DNA of 64,000 bases from positions 2,014 to 66,013 of the forward strand of contig NZ_DASUNH010000110.1 in assembly GCF_036277275.1 (NCBI RefSeq). Direction: 5' to 3'. This DNA is from Ideonella sp. Its GTDB lineage: Bacteria > Pseudomonadota > Gammaproteobacteria > Burkholderiales > Burkholderiaceae_C. The notes beneath the pieces were generated by a model. It did not search any database. It was not told the origin of the DNA and worked only from the letters and a program-made list of their open reading frames with translations. Made by a program: the position numbers and the translations under genes. Below, piece by piece: positions 9,418-18,428 of this stretch. Each line of letters begins with the position of its first letter. Position 1 is the first letter of the stretch.

Positions 9418-10412
9418 ACATCGGCCACCTCGGCCACGGGCTCGACGAGCACCGGCCGCGCGTGCAGGTAGGCCGTCGCCCGGCGCTTGGCTTCGATGTC
9501 GGTGTAGATGTGGGCCGCCTGCTCGGGGGTGAGCCCCAGTACCGGTGCCAGTTCGGTCGCTGACAGGCGGTGGTTGTGCGCCCACAGCGCCAGGTCCATC
9601 TGCTGGTAGGGCAGCGCGAAGTAGAACTCGTCCTGGCCTTGCGGCAGGCTGTAGGTGTCGGTGGTCGGGGTCGAGTGGCAGATGTCGTCGGGCAGGCCGA
9701 GGTGGCGCGCGAGCGCGTAGACCTGGGTCTTGTACAGGTGCGCGATCGGCTTCAGGTCGGCCGCGCCGTCGCCGTTCTTGACGAAAAAGCCCTGGTCGTA
9801 CTCGAGCCGGTTCGGCGTGCCGATCACGGCGTGGTGCAGGCGGTCGGCATGGCAGTACTCGAGCAGCTTGCGCACGCGCTGCTTGTGGTTGGTGGCGGCC
9901 ACCAGCGCCAGGTATTCGCGCGCCCGCAGTCGGGCCTGCTGCAATTCGCCCTCGGGCGACCGCACCACCAGGCGGAAGAAGTTCATCTGCCCGGCGCTGC
10001 CGCCGGCGATCGTGATCTTGTTTTTCCAGCCTTCGCCGTAGCCGGGGAACAGCGATCGGATCGCCGCGTCGCGTTGTGCATAGCAGCCCAGGGCCTGCAG
10101 CGCGGGGGCGATGTCCACCACCTCGTGCGCGATGTCGAGCTGCTGCGCCAGCATGCTGCCCAGCCGCACGCTGTCCGGCGACGAATCGCGCTCGGGCATC
10201 AGCAGGCCGAAGACCTTGCCAGGTCCCAACGCCTGCACCGCGAGCGCGGCGCAGACCGAGCTGTCGATGCCGCCGGACAGGCCGACGACGACGCCACGCC
10301 GGTGCAGCCGCTGCGCCACGGTGTTGCGCATCCAGCGCGTGATGCGGTCGACCTCGTCGGCGCAGTTCAGCGCCAGCCAGTCGCGGCCTTCAGGCAAGCT
10401 TGCGGCGTACAT
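9414..10412 (-). CDS. nadE: NH3-dependent NAD+ synthetase-like ATP pyrophosphatase (ACP-cluster subtype)
   Basis: PP-loop GLSGGIDSS, GTPNRLE, KPIAHLYKTQV; start uncertain (ATG 10412 overlaps the ACP end). Confidence 0.75.
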   Translation of the reverse strand: MYAASLPEGRDWLALNCADEVDRITRWMRNTVAQRLHRRGVVVGLSGGIDSSVCAALAVQALGPGKVFGLLMPERDSSPDSVRLGSMLAQQLDIAHEVVDIAPALQALGCYAQRDAAIRSLFPGYGEGWKNKITIAGGSAGQMNFFRLVVRSPEGELQQARLRAREYLALVAATNHKQRVRKLLEYCHADRLHHAVIGTPNRLEYDQGFFVKNGDGAADLKPIAHLYKTQVYALARHLGLPDDICHSTPTTDTYSLPQGQDEFYFALPYQQMDLALWAHNHRLSATELAPVLGLTPEQAAHIYTDIEAKRRATAYLHARPVLVEPVAEVADV

Positions 10413-10635
10413 AGGCGTCGATGCGGTCAAGGCTTTCAAAGTTCTCGGGCAACATTTCGGTCTCGTCGATGCTGAAGCCGCATTCGTCTTCGATGAAGGC
10501 GATCAGTTCGAGGAAACCGGTGGAGTCGACGATGCGGTGCTCGATCAGCGAATCGCCGTCGGCGAAGTTGCTGCCGCCCCCCATCAGGATGTAGTCCTCG
10601 ATGTAGCGACGCGTGAGCGCCTTGATGTCTTTCAA
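10390..10635 (-). CDS. Acyl carrier protein
   Basis: 81 aa, acidic, IVDSTGFLEL with the phosphopantetheine Ser, ENFESL tail. Confidence 0.88.
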   Translation of the reverse strand: MKDIKALTRRYIEDYILMGGGSNFADGDSLIEHRIVDSTGFLELIAFIEDECGFSIDETEMLPENFESLDRIDAYVRRKLA

Positions 10636-12182
10636 CGCAAGGTCCTTTCTGGGCTGGTGTCGTTGGGCGAGGCTGCGGCGGCGGCGAGCAGCCGCTTGCA
10701 GACCTTGCCGGAGTCGGTTTTGGGCAATGTGTCGACGAAGACCACACGCTGCGGCGCCATCCCGGCGTCGAGCTGGTCTTTGCAGTGGCGCACCACCTCG
10801 CGTTCGGTCAGCCGGCGACCGGGGCGCGGCGCCACCCAGGCGACGATGGCTTCGCCGAGCAGCGGGTCGGGCACGCCGGCGACGGCGGCTTCGAGCACGC
10901 TGTCCAGCGTGTACAGAACATCTTCGATGGCGCGCGGGCTGACCTTCTCACCGCGGCACTTGATGATGTCGTCGCGGCGACCGACGAAGTAGAGCCAGCC
11001 TTCATCGTCGGTGCGGAACAGGTCGCCGGTGTGCAGCACCTGCTCGCCGGGCAGCGGGCCGGGCCTGAGCGCTTGCGCGGTCAGATCGGGCCGGTTCCAG
11101 TAGCCACGCATCACGTGGCTGCCGCGGACCACGAGTTCGCCGGTGCGGCCCCAGGGTAGCCGCCGGCCGGCCTCGTCGACCAGCCAGTGATCCTGGTTCG
11201 GCATGCCTCGGCCGACGCTGCCGGGGCGGGCGTCGAGCTGGTCGGACGGCAGGTAGCTGATGCGCTTGCACTCGGTCATGCCGTACATCGGCACCAGCCG
11301 GGCCTGCGGCAGCAACGCGCGCAGGCGGCCGATGGTCTCGGGGCTCAGCCCGGTCGCGGCGTTGGTGACCAGGCGCAGTTCGGGCCAGTTGAACGTCGCG
11401 GCCTCTCTGAGCCCCAGCCAGAGCGCGAACGTCGTCGGCACCCCGGCGAAGACGCTGACCCGCTGCGTTGCCAGCGTCTGCAGCACCTTGACCGGGAAGG
11501 CGAACGAGCGTTCGAGCACGACGCTGGCGCCGACCTGGAAGGCCAGCAGCAGCTGGTACAGGCCGTAGCTGTAGGCCAGCGGCAGCAGGCCGGCCAGCAC
11601 GTCGTCGGGCCGCAGGTCCAGGTAGGCCTGCACCGATCGCGCGGCCGCGACCATGTTGGCGTGGCTCAGCATCACGCCCTTCGGTTCTCCGGTCGAGCCC
11701 GAGGTGTAGATCAGCGCGGCGAGGTCAAGATCGATCGTCGGCAGGGCGGTGAACGGCGCCCGAGTTGCATCGGCTGCGCAGGGCGCCGCATCCGGGTCGA
11801 CCCACAGGCAGCTGCGTAACGCGGTCAGGTTGTCGAGTGCGGCCTCCACGCGTGCGTGCACGCTGGGCTGGCTGACGAGCAGTCCGGCGCCCGCGTCGGC
11901 AAGCACCGCCTGCAGCCGGCTGGCGTGCGCCTGCGGCCCGATCGGTACCAGCACGGCGCCGCAGCGCCAGCAGGCCAGCATCGCCAGCACGAAGGCCACG
12001 CCGTTGTCCAGGCACACGGCGACGCGGTCGCCGCGCTGGATGCCCTGGTCTTGCATCCAGGCGGCCCAGCGCGTTGCGCGGCGGTCGAGTTCGCCGTAGG
12101 TGATGGGTTGGCCTTGGCACACGATCGCGGTCCGCCCGGGCCCGGCCGCGGCGCTCGCCTCGAACAGCTGGTGAATCAGCAT
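10632..12182 (-). CDS. AMP-forming acyl-CoA/acyl-ACP ligase (ANL family)
   Basis: YTSGSTGEPKG, YGMTE, TGD, GRRDDIIK, LPKTDSGK; overall pattern resembles exosortase/EPS-associated ligases. Confidence 0.9.
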   Translation of the reverse strand: MLIHQLFEASAAAGPGRTAIVCQGQPITYGELDRRATRWAAWMQDQGIQRGDRVAVCLDNGVAFVLAMLACWRCGAVLVPIGPQAHASRLQAVLADAGAGLLVSQPSVHARVEAALDNLTALRSCLWVDPDAAPCAADATRAPFTALPTIDLDLAALIYTSGSTGEPKGVMLSHANMVAAARSVQAYLDLRPDDVLAGLLPLAYSYGLYQLLLAFQVGASVVLERSFAFPVKVLQTLATQRVSVFAGVPTTFALWLGLREAATFNWPELRLVTNAATGLSPETIGRLRALLPQARLVPMYGMTECKRISYLPSDQLDARPGSVGRGMPNQDHWLVDEAGRRLPWGRTGELVVRGSHVMRGYWNRPDLTAQALRPGPLPGEQVLHTGDLFRTDDEGWLYFVGRRDDIIKCRGEKVSPRAIEDVLYTLDSVLEAAVAGVPDPLLGEAIVAWVAPRPGRRLTEREVVRHCKDQLDAGMAPQRVVFVDTLPKTDSGKVCKRLLAAAAASPNDTSPERTLR

Positions 12183-12188
12183 GGCGGC

Positions 12189-14141
12189 TCAGCCTGCCGT
12201 GGCGGCCGGCAACGGGCGGGCGCGCACGAAGAGCTCGTGCAGCCACATCGTCGACAGGATGCCGACGAAAGCCATGTTGTCGCCGAAGCCGGCAGCGCGC
12301 CCGGCCGCGCACTTGGCGAGCAGCCGTCGCACGGCGCCGGGATCGAACAGGCCCGCGTCGACCAGGCGCGATTCGCTCAGCAACTCGGCGCAGGCCTCGT
12401 CGGGCTGGCCGTTGGCGCCGAAGAAGCTGCTGCTGTCGGGGGTGCGGTAGGGCTGCTTGGCGCGCAGGCGGATCGACTCGGGCAACAGCCCCTTCATCGC
12501 GCGCTTGAGCAGGTATTTCTCCGTCAGCCCCATCAGCTTGTAGCGGGGCGGAAGGCGGTTGGCGAATTCGATCAGGCGATGGTCGAGGAAAGGGAAGCGC
12601 GCCTCGACCGATCCCGCCATCGCCATGCGGTCGCCTTGTGCGCCGAGCAGGTAGCCCGACATCAGCGTGTGCGCCTCGACATACTGGTCGCGGGCGAGCG
12701 GCGACCAGTGCTGCATCGTAGACGGCAGCGTGCGCTCGATCGTCTCGATCGGGTCGAAGCCGGCCACCGCGTCGCGCAGCGCCGGCGTGAAGAAGCGCGT
12801 GATGCGGCCGCTGGTCAGCCAGCGCGGCGCGTGGCCAAAGGTGGGCTGGACGGGCGAGCCGTTGCCGTCGCCGAAGTAGCGCTGCGCCAGCGCACCGCTG
12901 GCACCGGGCGATTGCGGCATCCACGGGTACAGGCGCTGCAGCAGCCGGCCACGCCAGCGTGACTGCGGCGCGCGTGCCATGAAGCGGCGCACCCGGGCTT
13001 CCTTGAACAGGTCGTAGCCGCCGAAGACCTCGTCGGCGCCTTCGCCGGTCAGTACCACCTTGACGCCATGCTCACGCACGCTGCGCGCCAGCAGCATCAT
13101 CGGCACCGGCGCCGTGCGCAGCAGCGGGGCCTCAGCATGCCAGACCGCCTTCGGGAAGCCCGCGGCGATGTCCGCGCGGCTGCAGCGCAGCTCGGTGTGC
13201 GGCGTGCCGAGATGGTCCACCAGCTCGCGCTGGTGCGAGCGCTCGTCGAACTCGTGCTCGTCGAAGGCGAGCGAGAAGCTGCGCAGCGGCGTGTCGGTGC
13301 AGCGGTGGATCAGTGTCGTGATCACCGACGAGTCCAGGCCGCCGCTGAGGTAGGCCCCCACCGGCACATCGGCGCGCAGTTGCAGGCGCACAGCGTCGAC
13401 CAAGCGCTCGCGCAGTTCGTCGGCCAGGTCTTCGGCCCGGCCGAGGTCTTCGGCGCCGTGGGGCGGGAACTCCCAGTCCCAGTAGCAGGTGGTCCGCTGC
13501 TGGCCACCGCCGACCCACATCAGGTGCCCGGGGGGCAACTGCTGCACGCCGTCGAACGCGGTCTGCGGCGCCAGCGGGGACCAGAACGTGAACGCTTCGG
13601 CGAGGCCTCGCGGGTCGAGGCGACGCGGCATTTCGGCGATGGCGAACAAGGCCTTGATTTCAGACGCGAACAGCAACCGACGGCCGACCCACGCGAAGTA
13701 CAGCGGCCGGATGCCGGCCCGGTCGCGCGCCAGCACGAGCCGGCGTCGCCGCACGTCCCACAGGGCGATTGCGAACTGGCCGTTCAGGTGCTCGACGAAG
13801 CGGTCGCCATGCAACGCGTACAGATGCAGGAGGACCTCGGTGTCCGAACGCGTACGAAAGCACCGGCCGGCCGCTTCGAGCGCAGCGCGCAGCTCGACGA
13901 AGTTGAAGATCTCGCCGTTGAAGACCACCTGCAGCAGGCCGTCGGCACTGGCCATCGGCTGGTGGCCGCCGGTCGGATCGATGATCGACAGCCGCGCGTG
14001 CGCGAGCCCGATCTCGCCCTGGCACCACATCCCCGTGTCGTCAGGGCCGCGGTGGTGAAGCTGGCCGATCATCGTCGCCAGCTGCGCGGCCGCGGGCGGG
14101 TGCGATCCATCGACCGAGAGGATGCCGGCAATGCCACACAT
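12189..14141 (-). CDS. asnB: Asparagine synthase (glutamine-hydrolysing)-family amidotransferase
   Basis: N-terminal MCGIAG (Ntn Cys), HRGPD, FNGEIFN, LSGGLDSS, GEGADEVFGGY, EARFPFLD. Confidence 0.92.
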   Translation of the reverse strand: MCGIAGILSVDGSHPPAAAQLATMIGQLHHRGPDDTGMWCQGEIGLAHARLSIIDPTGGHQPMASADGLLQVVFNGEIFNFVELRAALEAAGRCFRTRSDTEVLLHLYALHGDRFVEHLNGQFAIALWDVRRRRLVLARDRAGIRPLYFAWVGRRLLFASEIKALFAIAEMPRRLDPRGLAEAFTFWSPLAPQTAFDGVQQLPPGHLMWVGGGQQRTTCYWDWEFPPHGAEDLGRAEDLADELRERLVDAVRLQLRADVPVGAYLSGGLDSSVITTLIHRCTDTPLRSFSLAFDEHEFDERSHQRELVDHLGTPHTELRCSRADIAAGFPKAVWHAEAPLLRTAPVPMMLLARSVREHGVKVVLTGEGADEVFGGYDLFKEARVRRFMARAPQSRWRGRLLQRLYPWMPQSPGASGALAQRYFGDGNGSPVQPTFGHAPRWLTSGRITRFFTPALRDAVAGFDPIETIERTLPSTMQHWSPLARDQYVEAHTLMSGYLLGAQGDRMAMAGSVEARFPFLDHRLIEFANRLPPRYKLMGLTEKYLLKRAMKGLLPESIRLRAKQPYRTPDSSSFFGANGQPDEACAELLSESRLVDAGLFDPGAVRRLLAKCAAGRAAGFGDNMAFVGILSTMWLHELFVRARPLPAATAG

Positions 14142-14147
14142 CGCCGC

Positions 14148-14792
14148 TCAGACCCCGGCCGCGTTGGGCTCTTGTCGGCCGGCAGAGGCGGCGACGGCCA
14201 TGTCGCTGGCGGCCCCCACCACCGGGGCCGTGGCCGAAGCGCCTGCCGATGCCGCTGCCTTGGCCCGGTCGGCGCCGCTCGCGTAGGTCGACAGTGCGCG
14301 CGGCAGCACCTTGCACGGGGCCACCAGCACCACCGAGCCGGCCGGCACGTCGCGCGTCACGACGCAGTTGGCGCCGATCATCGCGCCGTCGCCGATCGTG
14401 ATGCCGCCGAGCACCCGGGCACCGACGTAGATGTCCACGTGGTGGCCGATCTTCGGCACGCCGGGGGTCGGGCCGGTGCCGATCGTCACGTCGTGGAAGA
14501 TCAGGCAGTCGTGCCCGATCTCGACGCCGCTGCCGATCATCACGTTGTGGGGGTGGATGAGCACCAGGCCCTTGCCGATCTGCGCGCCGCGCGGGCCGGC
14601 CCACAGGTGCACCTTGAAGGGCAGCAGCGGCAGCCGGGCGATGCGGTAGAGCAGCCACGCCGGCCAGCGCAGCAGGGGCTGGCGTTGCGCCGCCGCCCAC
14701 ATGCCGAAGCGGTAGACCGCGACGATCCAGAGGCCGGGGCCGGCCCAGCCTCCTTCGTGCCGTTCATGGTCACGCCGGATGTTGTCGAACAT
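14148..14792 (-). CDS. Serine O-acetyltransferase-like hexapeptide (LbH) acetyltransferase
   Basis: Hexapeptide repeats IGSGVEIGHDCLIFHDVTIG, PKIGHHVDIYVGARVLG, IGANCVV; short form with a low-complexity Ala tail; start 14792 or 14810. Confidence 0.8.
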   Translation of the reverse strand: MFDNIRRDHERHEGGWAGPGLWIVAVYRFGMWAAAQRQPLLRWPAWLLYRIARLPLLPFKVHLWAGPRGAQIGKGLVLIHPHNVMIGSGVEIGHDCLIFHDVTIGTGPTPGVPKIGHHVDIYVGARVLGGITIGDGAMIGANCVVTRDVPAGSVVLVAPCKVLPRALSTYASGADRAKAAASAGASATAPVVGAASDMAVAASAGRQEPNAAGV

Positions 14793-15055
14793 GGGCTGAC
14801 TGCCCTCCATCAGAAATTCTTGTCTGCGCGCACCGTTCGCCGATGCCGCTCGGCCGCCGACAGCATCGCCGCCATGGGCCGGGCGACCCATGATCTCGGT
14901 CAAGGTGTTGGTTCGCGCGCAGGCCCGGCGGGGCGCAAGAGCGGCATTTCGCCATGCCCGACGCGCCGCGCCGGCGGCGGGCCGCCGGAATGCGGGGCCT
15001 TGCGGGCCGGCTCAGGCGATGCAAGCGCGCGGCGCCGCGGCGTGGGGAGCAGGGC

Positions 15056-16270
15056 TCAACCGACGACGCGGCCGCGGCCGCCGCGCTTGGCGTCGTACAG
15101 GGCCTGGTCGGCGCGCGCCAACAGGCAGGGCAGCGTTTCGTCGTCTTGCCATTGCGCCACACCCAGGCTGATGCCGACCGTGCCACCATGCGGGTAAGGC
15201 TCGCGTTGCAGCGTGACGTGCAGCGTGGCGCAGAGCTGGCGTGCCTGGTCGAGCGAGGCATCGGGAAGCAGCAGCGCGAACTCGTCGCCGCCCAGGCGGC
15301 CCAGCAGGTCGGACCCGCGCACGCGCGCATGCACCCGCCGCACCAGCTCACGCAGCACTGCGTCGCCAGCGGCATGGCCGTGCTCGTCATTGATCTGCTT
15401 GAAGCGGTCCACGTCGAGCATCGCCAGTGACAGCTGCTCGCCATCCACCCGGGCACGCATCAACGCCGCTTCGGCGGCTTCGAGAAATCCGCGCCGATTG
15501 ATCGCCTGGGTCAGCTCGTCCTCGCGGGCCTGGCGGTGCAGCTCGCCGTGGTGGCTGGCGATCGGGTTCAGCAGCACGCGGCGCAGCATCGCGTTCAGCG
15601 TCAGGAAGACGGCGAGCACCACCGCGCAGGCGCCGATCAGGAATTGCCACAGCGACTGCTGCGCACGTTCCAGCGGCACCGTCATCGGCAAGGAGACGAC
15701 CTGCGCGCCGACGGTCTCGCCCATGTGCCAGCCGAAACCGCGTTGGTCGCCGTACAGCGCACGCATGGCGCTCGGCGCGGCCTCCGGCGCGCCGTGGCAG
15801 GCCAGGCAGGCGGCGTCGCTGACGCGCAGCGGCTTGGCCACGTAAAGCATTTCCTGGCCGTTTTCGAACGTCTGGCGCTGTATGGTGTCGACCCCGCTGT
15901 TGCGCAGGGTCTGCACCATGTCGGCGTGGATGCCGGTGGCACGGTTGGCCGGATTGGTCGGGTTCAGGGCCACCTCGCGGTAGCTGACGCCCGGGTAGCG
16001 GCGGTGCAGCTCGTGCATCGCGGTTGTCGCGGCAAACGAGGGCACCGAGGCAACTTCGAAGTGGGCCGGGTCCTTGTTCAACAGCGGCCGCACGTGTTCG
16101 GCGGTATAGCTGCGCAGCGCGGTGGCGGCCTCCATGTGCAGCTCGGCTTCGCGTTGTACCTCGGCCAGCGCACGCTCACGAAGCTGACCGCGCATATACA
16201 GCCCGGCCAACAGCACGGCCGATACGGCGCAGGCGCCGAGGGCGAGGTTGAGTCGGGTCTTCAGGTTCAT
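15056..16270 (-). CDS. Diguanylate cyclase with periplasmic Tll0287/DUF3365-like heme c sensor
   Basis: Two TMs flank a domain with YREVALNPTNPAN and CLACH; intact GGDEF with RxxD I-site (RGSD); start MNLKTR at 16270. Confidence 0.88.
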   Translation of the reverse strand: MNLKTRLNLALGACAVSAVLLAGLYMRGQLRERALAEVQREAELHMEAATALRSYTAEHVRPLLNKDPAHFEVASVPSFAATTAMHELHRRYPGVSYREVALNPTNPANRATGIHADMVQTLRNSGVDTIQRQTFENGQEMLYVAKPLRVSDAACLACHGAPEAAPSAMRALYGDQRGFGWHMGETVGAQVVSLPMTVPLERAQQSLWQFLIGACAVVLAVFLTLNAMLRRVLLNPIASHHGELHRQAREDELTQAINRRGFLEAAEAALMRARVDGEQLSLAMLDVDRFKQINDEHGHAAGDAVLRELVRRVHARVRGSDLLGRLGGDEFALLLPDASLDQARQLCATLHVTLQREPYPHGGTVGISLGVAQWQDDETLPCLLARADQALYDAKRGGRGRVVG

Positions 16271-16313
16271 GCGGGGCGGCAGTGTGCCAGCTTGGTCGAG
16301 ATTCGGCGCCTTG

Positions 16314-16448
16314 GTGTCCTGTCCCACACGTCATTTCGGCCCGCCCTCCGGGTTCGACCAGATGGCGCGCTGGCACGCCTGCCGTCCGGCCGCACCATCA
16401 TCACCATCTGGTCGAATCCCAATGGCAGTTACTCGTGGGACAGGACAC
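16314..16448. repeat. Nested long inverted repeats (structured RNA or MITE-like)
   Basis: Perfect 14-bp outer IR gtgtcctgtcccac (16314-16327)/gtgggacaggacac (16435-16448) enclosing a perfect 13-bp IR ttcgaccagatgg (16353-16365)/ccatctggtcgaa (16404-16416). Confidence 0.7.
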
Positions 16449-16685
16449 TGGACTCTAGGGCCCTGATTTCGTGGCTATCGCCTGAATAGAGCGGCTTTTC
16501 ATGGCGGGCGCCATGGCTGCACGCCTCTACGACCAGTTACGCGGGTGGGTCGGTTGAGTAGGAACGTACCTACCCCAGTTCGCGAGAACCACCGACCCGC
16601 ACCGGCGCGGCGGATGGTTATCGTGGAACACGCGGCGTTTGCCTTGGCAGACGCGCCCGTTCAGCTGTACCCGATCGGAGATCGT

Positions 16686-16892
16686 ATGAAAAAGACAATC
16701 GTTCTCGCCATTGCCACCAGCGCTGTGATGGCGGTGACTTCCGGCTGTGTCGTTGCACCCCCACGCCACGCGGCGGTCTATGTCCACCCCACGTATGCCA
16801 GCCCGGGGCCGGGCTGGACCTGGGAAATGCACGGCCACTATGGCTGGGGCTGGCGCCACCCGCACCGCGGTTGGCACCGTGGCTGGCGCTGA
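16686..16892 (+). CDS. Small lipoprotein with Trp/Gly/His-rich tail (YXWGXW-like)
   Basis: Lipobox TSGC followed by VVAP; tail GPGWTWEMHGHYGWGWRHPHRGWHRGWR; RBS ggag. Confidence 0.75.
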   Translation: MKKTIVLAIATSAVMAVTSGCVVAPPRHAAVYVHPTYASPGPGWTWEMHGHYGWGWRHPHRGWHRGWR

Positions 16893-16901
16893 GCGGACAA
16901 C

Positions 16902-17759
16902 TCACTGCCCAAGGGCCATGCGCCATTGGCGGGGTGATACACCCAGCTTTTGTGTGAACAAACGCGACAGCGCCGACGCGTTCGCATAGCCCAGTTCGGC
17001 GGCAATCGCCTTGATCGCGCGGCCCTGGCGCAACTGGCCCTGCGCCAAGCTGAGCCGCCAATCGGCCAGGTAATCGGCCGGTGTCTGGCCGACGATCGCC
17101 TTGAAATGCGCCGCAAAGGCGCTGCGTGACATGCCGGCACATTCGGCCATCGTCGCCAGGTTCCACGGCTCTCCAGGCCGCTCATGCAGTGCCACCAGCA
17201 GCCGCGCCAGACGCGGTTCTGACAGGCCGGTGATCAACCCGGCCGGCACGCCAGCCTGCTGCGGATGATCGACCAGCCAGCGCAGCAGCTGGATCAACAC
17301 CACCTCGAACAATCGGTCGGCCAGCAGGCGCGAACCGCAGCGCAACCGTTCGGTCTCGGCGAACAACAGGCCCAACGCCGGTTCGAGCCCGGTTACGGCC
17401 GACAGTGGCAGCAGCACCAGGGGCGGCAGCGCCTGCACCAGCGGGTTGGCCTCGCCGCCATCGAACTCGAGCGTCGCACAGGCGAAATCAGCGCCGTCCA
17501 CCGGTGCGTTGTGAAAGTCGTGCGCCCACGGCCGGGGATAGAACAACAGGCTGGGTTCGCGCACCTGCACGCGCTGGCGTCGACCCCCGGCCGTGCGGTG
17601 GGTGACCGCCATCTCGCCGCGTCTGAGCACATGCAGGAAACCGCGTCCGGGCTGCGCCGCGAAGCGCGTCGTGCCGCACAGCGGGCCGGCGTGGAACAGG
17701 TGGGCCCGGACCCGAAAGTGCTCGAGCAATGAGGACAAGCGGTCGACCTGCGTTGGCAT
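16902..17759 (-). CDS. AraC family regulator with cupin domain, RclR-like
   Basis: Start MPTQVDRLSSLL; two Cys (GPLCG, FACATLEF) in RclR-equivalent positions; C-terminal double HTH. Confidence 0.85.
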   Translation of the reverse strand: MPTQVDRLSSLLEHFRVRAHLFHAGPLCGTTRFAAQPGRGFLHVLRRGEMAVTHRTAGGRRQRVQVREPSLLFYPRPWAHDFHNAPVDGADFACATLEFDGGEANPLVQALPPLVLLPLSAVTGLEPALGLLFAETERLRCGSRLLADRLFEVVLIQLLRWLVDHPQQAGVPAGLITGLSEPRLARLLVALHERPGEPWNLATMAECAGMSRSAFAAHFKAIVGQTPADYLADWRLSLAQGQLRQGRAIKAIAAELGYANASALSRLFTQKLGVSPRQWRMALGQ

Positions 17760-17763
17760 GGTG

Positions 17764-17807
17764 GTGGACGATTTGGTATGAATCGTGGACGAAAAGTGCT
17801 CGATCGT
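17764..17807. promoter_or_regulatory. AraC-type direct repeats with 21-bp period
   Basis: gtggacga at 17764 and 17785; atcgt at 17782 and 17803; lies in the divergent intergenic region. Confidence 0.55.
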
Positions 17808-17882
17808 ACCAACTGTGCCTGGACACTGGTGGCGTGCCTGGGATGTCCCTGGCACCTGCCAACCCATTCGAAAGGAATCGCC

Positions 17883-18428
17883 ATGTCCCGCGTTCAACTC
17901 GTCGATGCCGCCATCGCCAGCCCCGACCGCCGTGCGCTGCTCGCGCCGATCCACTCTGCATTCGGCAGCACACCGGCGATGTTCCGCGCCGTGGCCAATT
18001 CGCCCGCGGCGCTGAAAAGCATGTGGGCCGCCTTCGGCGCGCTGGGCGCCGGCGTGATCCCGGCCAAGCTTGGCGAGCAGATCGCCGTGGCGGTGGCCGA
18101 CCGCAACGCCTGCGAGTACTGCCTGGCCGCCCACACCGCGCTGGGCCGCAAGGCCGGAGCCTCGGCCGACGAGATGAGCGCCGCGCAGATGGGCGAATCG
18201 GCCGACCCGCAGGCTGCGGCTGCGTTGCGCTTCGCGCTGAAGCTGGTCGACCAGCGCGGCCAGGTCGGCGACGGCGACGTGCAGGCGCTGCGCCTCGCCG
18301 GCTTCGACGACGAGGCGATCGTCGAGATCCTGGCCCATGTCGCGCTGAACCTGTTCACCAATTACGTGAACGTGGCCTTCGCGGTGCCGGTGGACTTCCC
18401 GGCGGTGGCGTTGCGTCGCGCGCGTTGA
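17883..18428 (+). CDS. Carboxymuconolactone decarboxylase/AhpD-family alkylhydroperoxidase
   Basis: EQIAVAVADRNACEYCLAAH (CxxC...H) motif. Confidence 0.9.
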   Translation: MSRVQLVDAAIASPDRRALLAPIHSAFGSTPAMFRAVANSPAALKSMWAAFGALGAGVIPAKLGEQIAVAVADRNACEYCLAAHTALGRKAGASADEMSAAQMGESADPQAAAALRFALKLVDQRGQVGDGDVQALRLAGFDDEAIVEILAHVALNLFTNYVNVAFAVPVDFPAVALRRAR

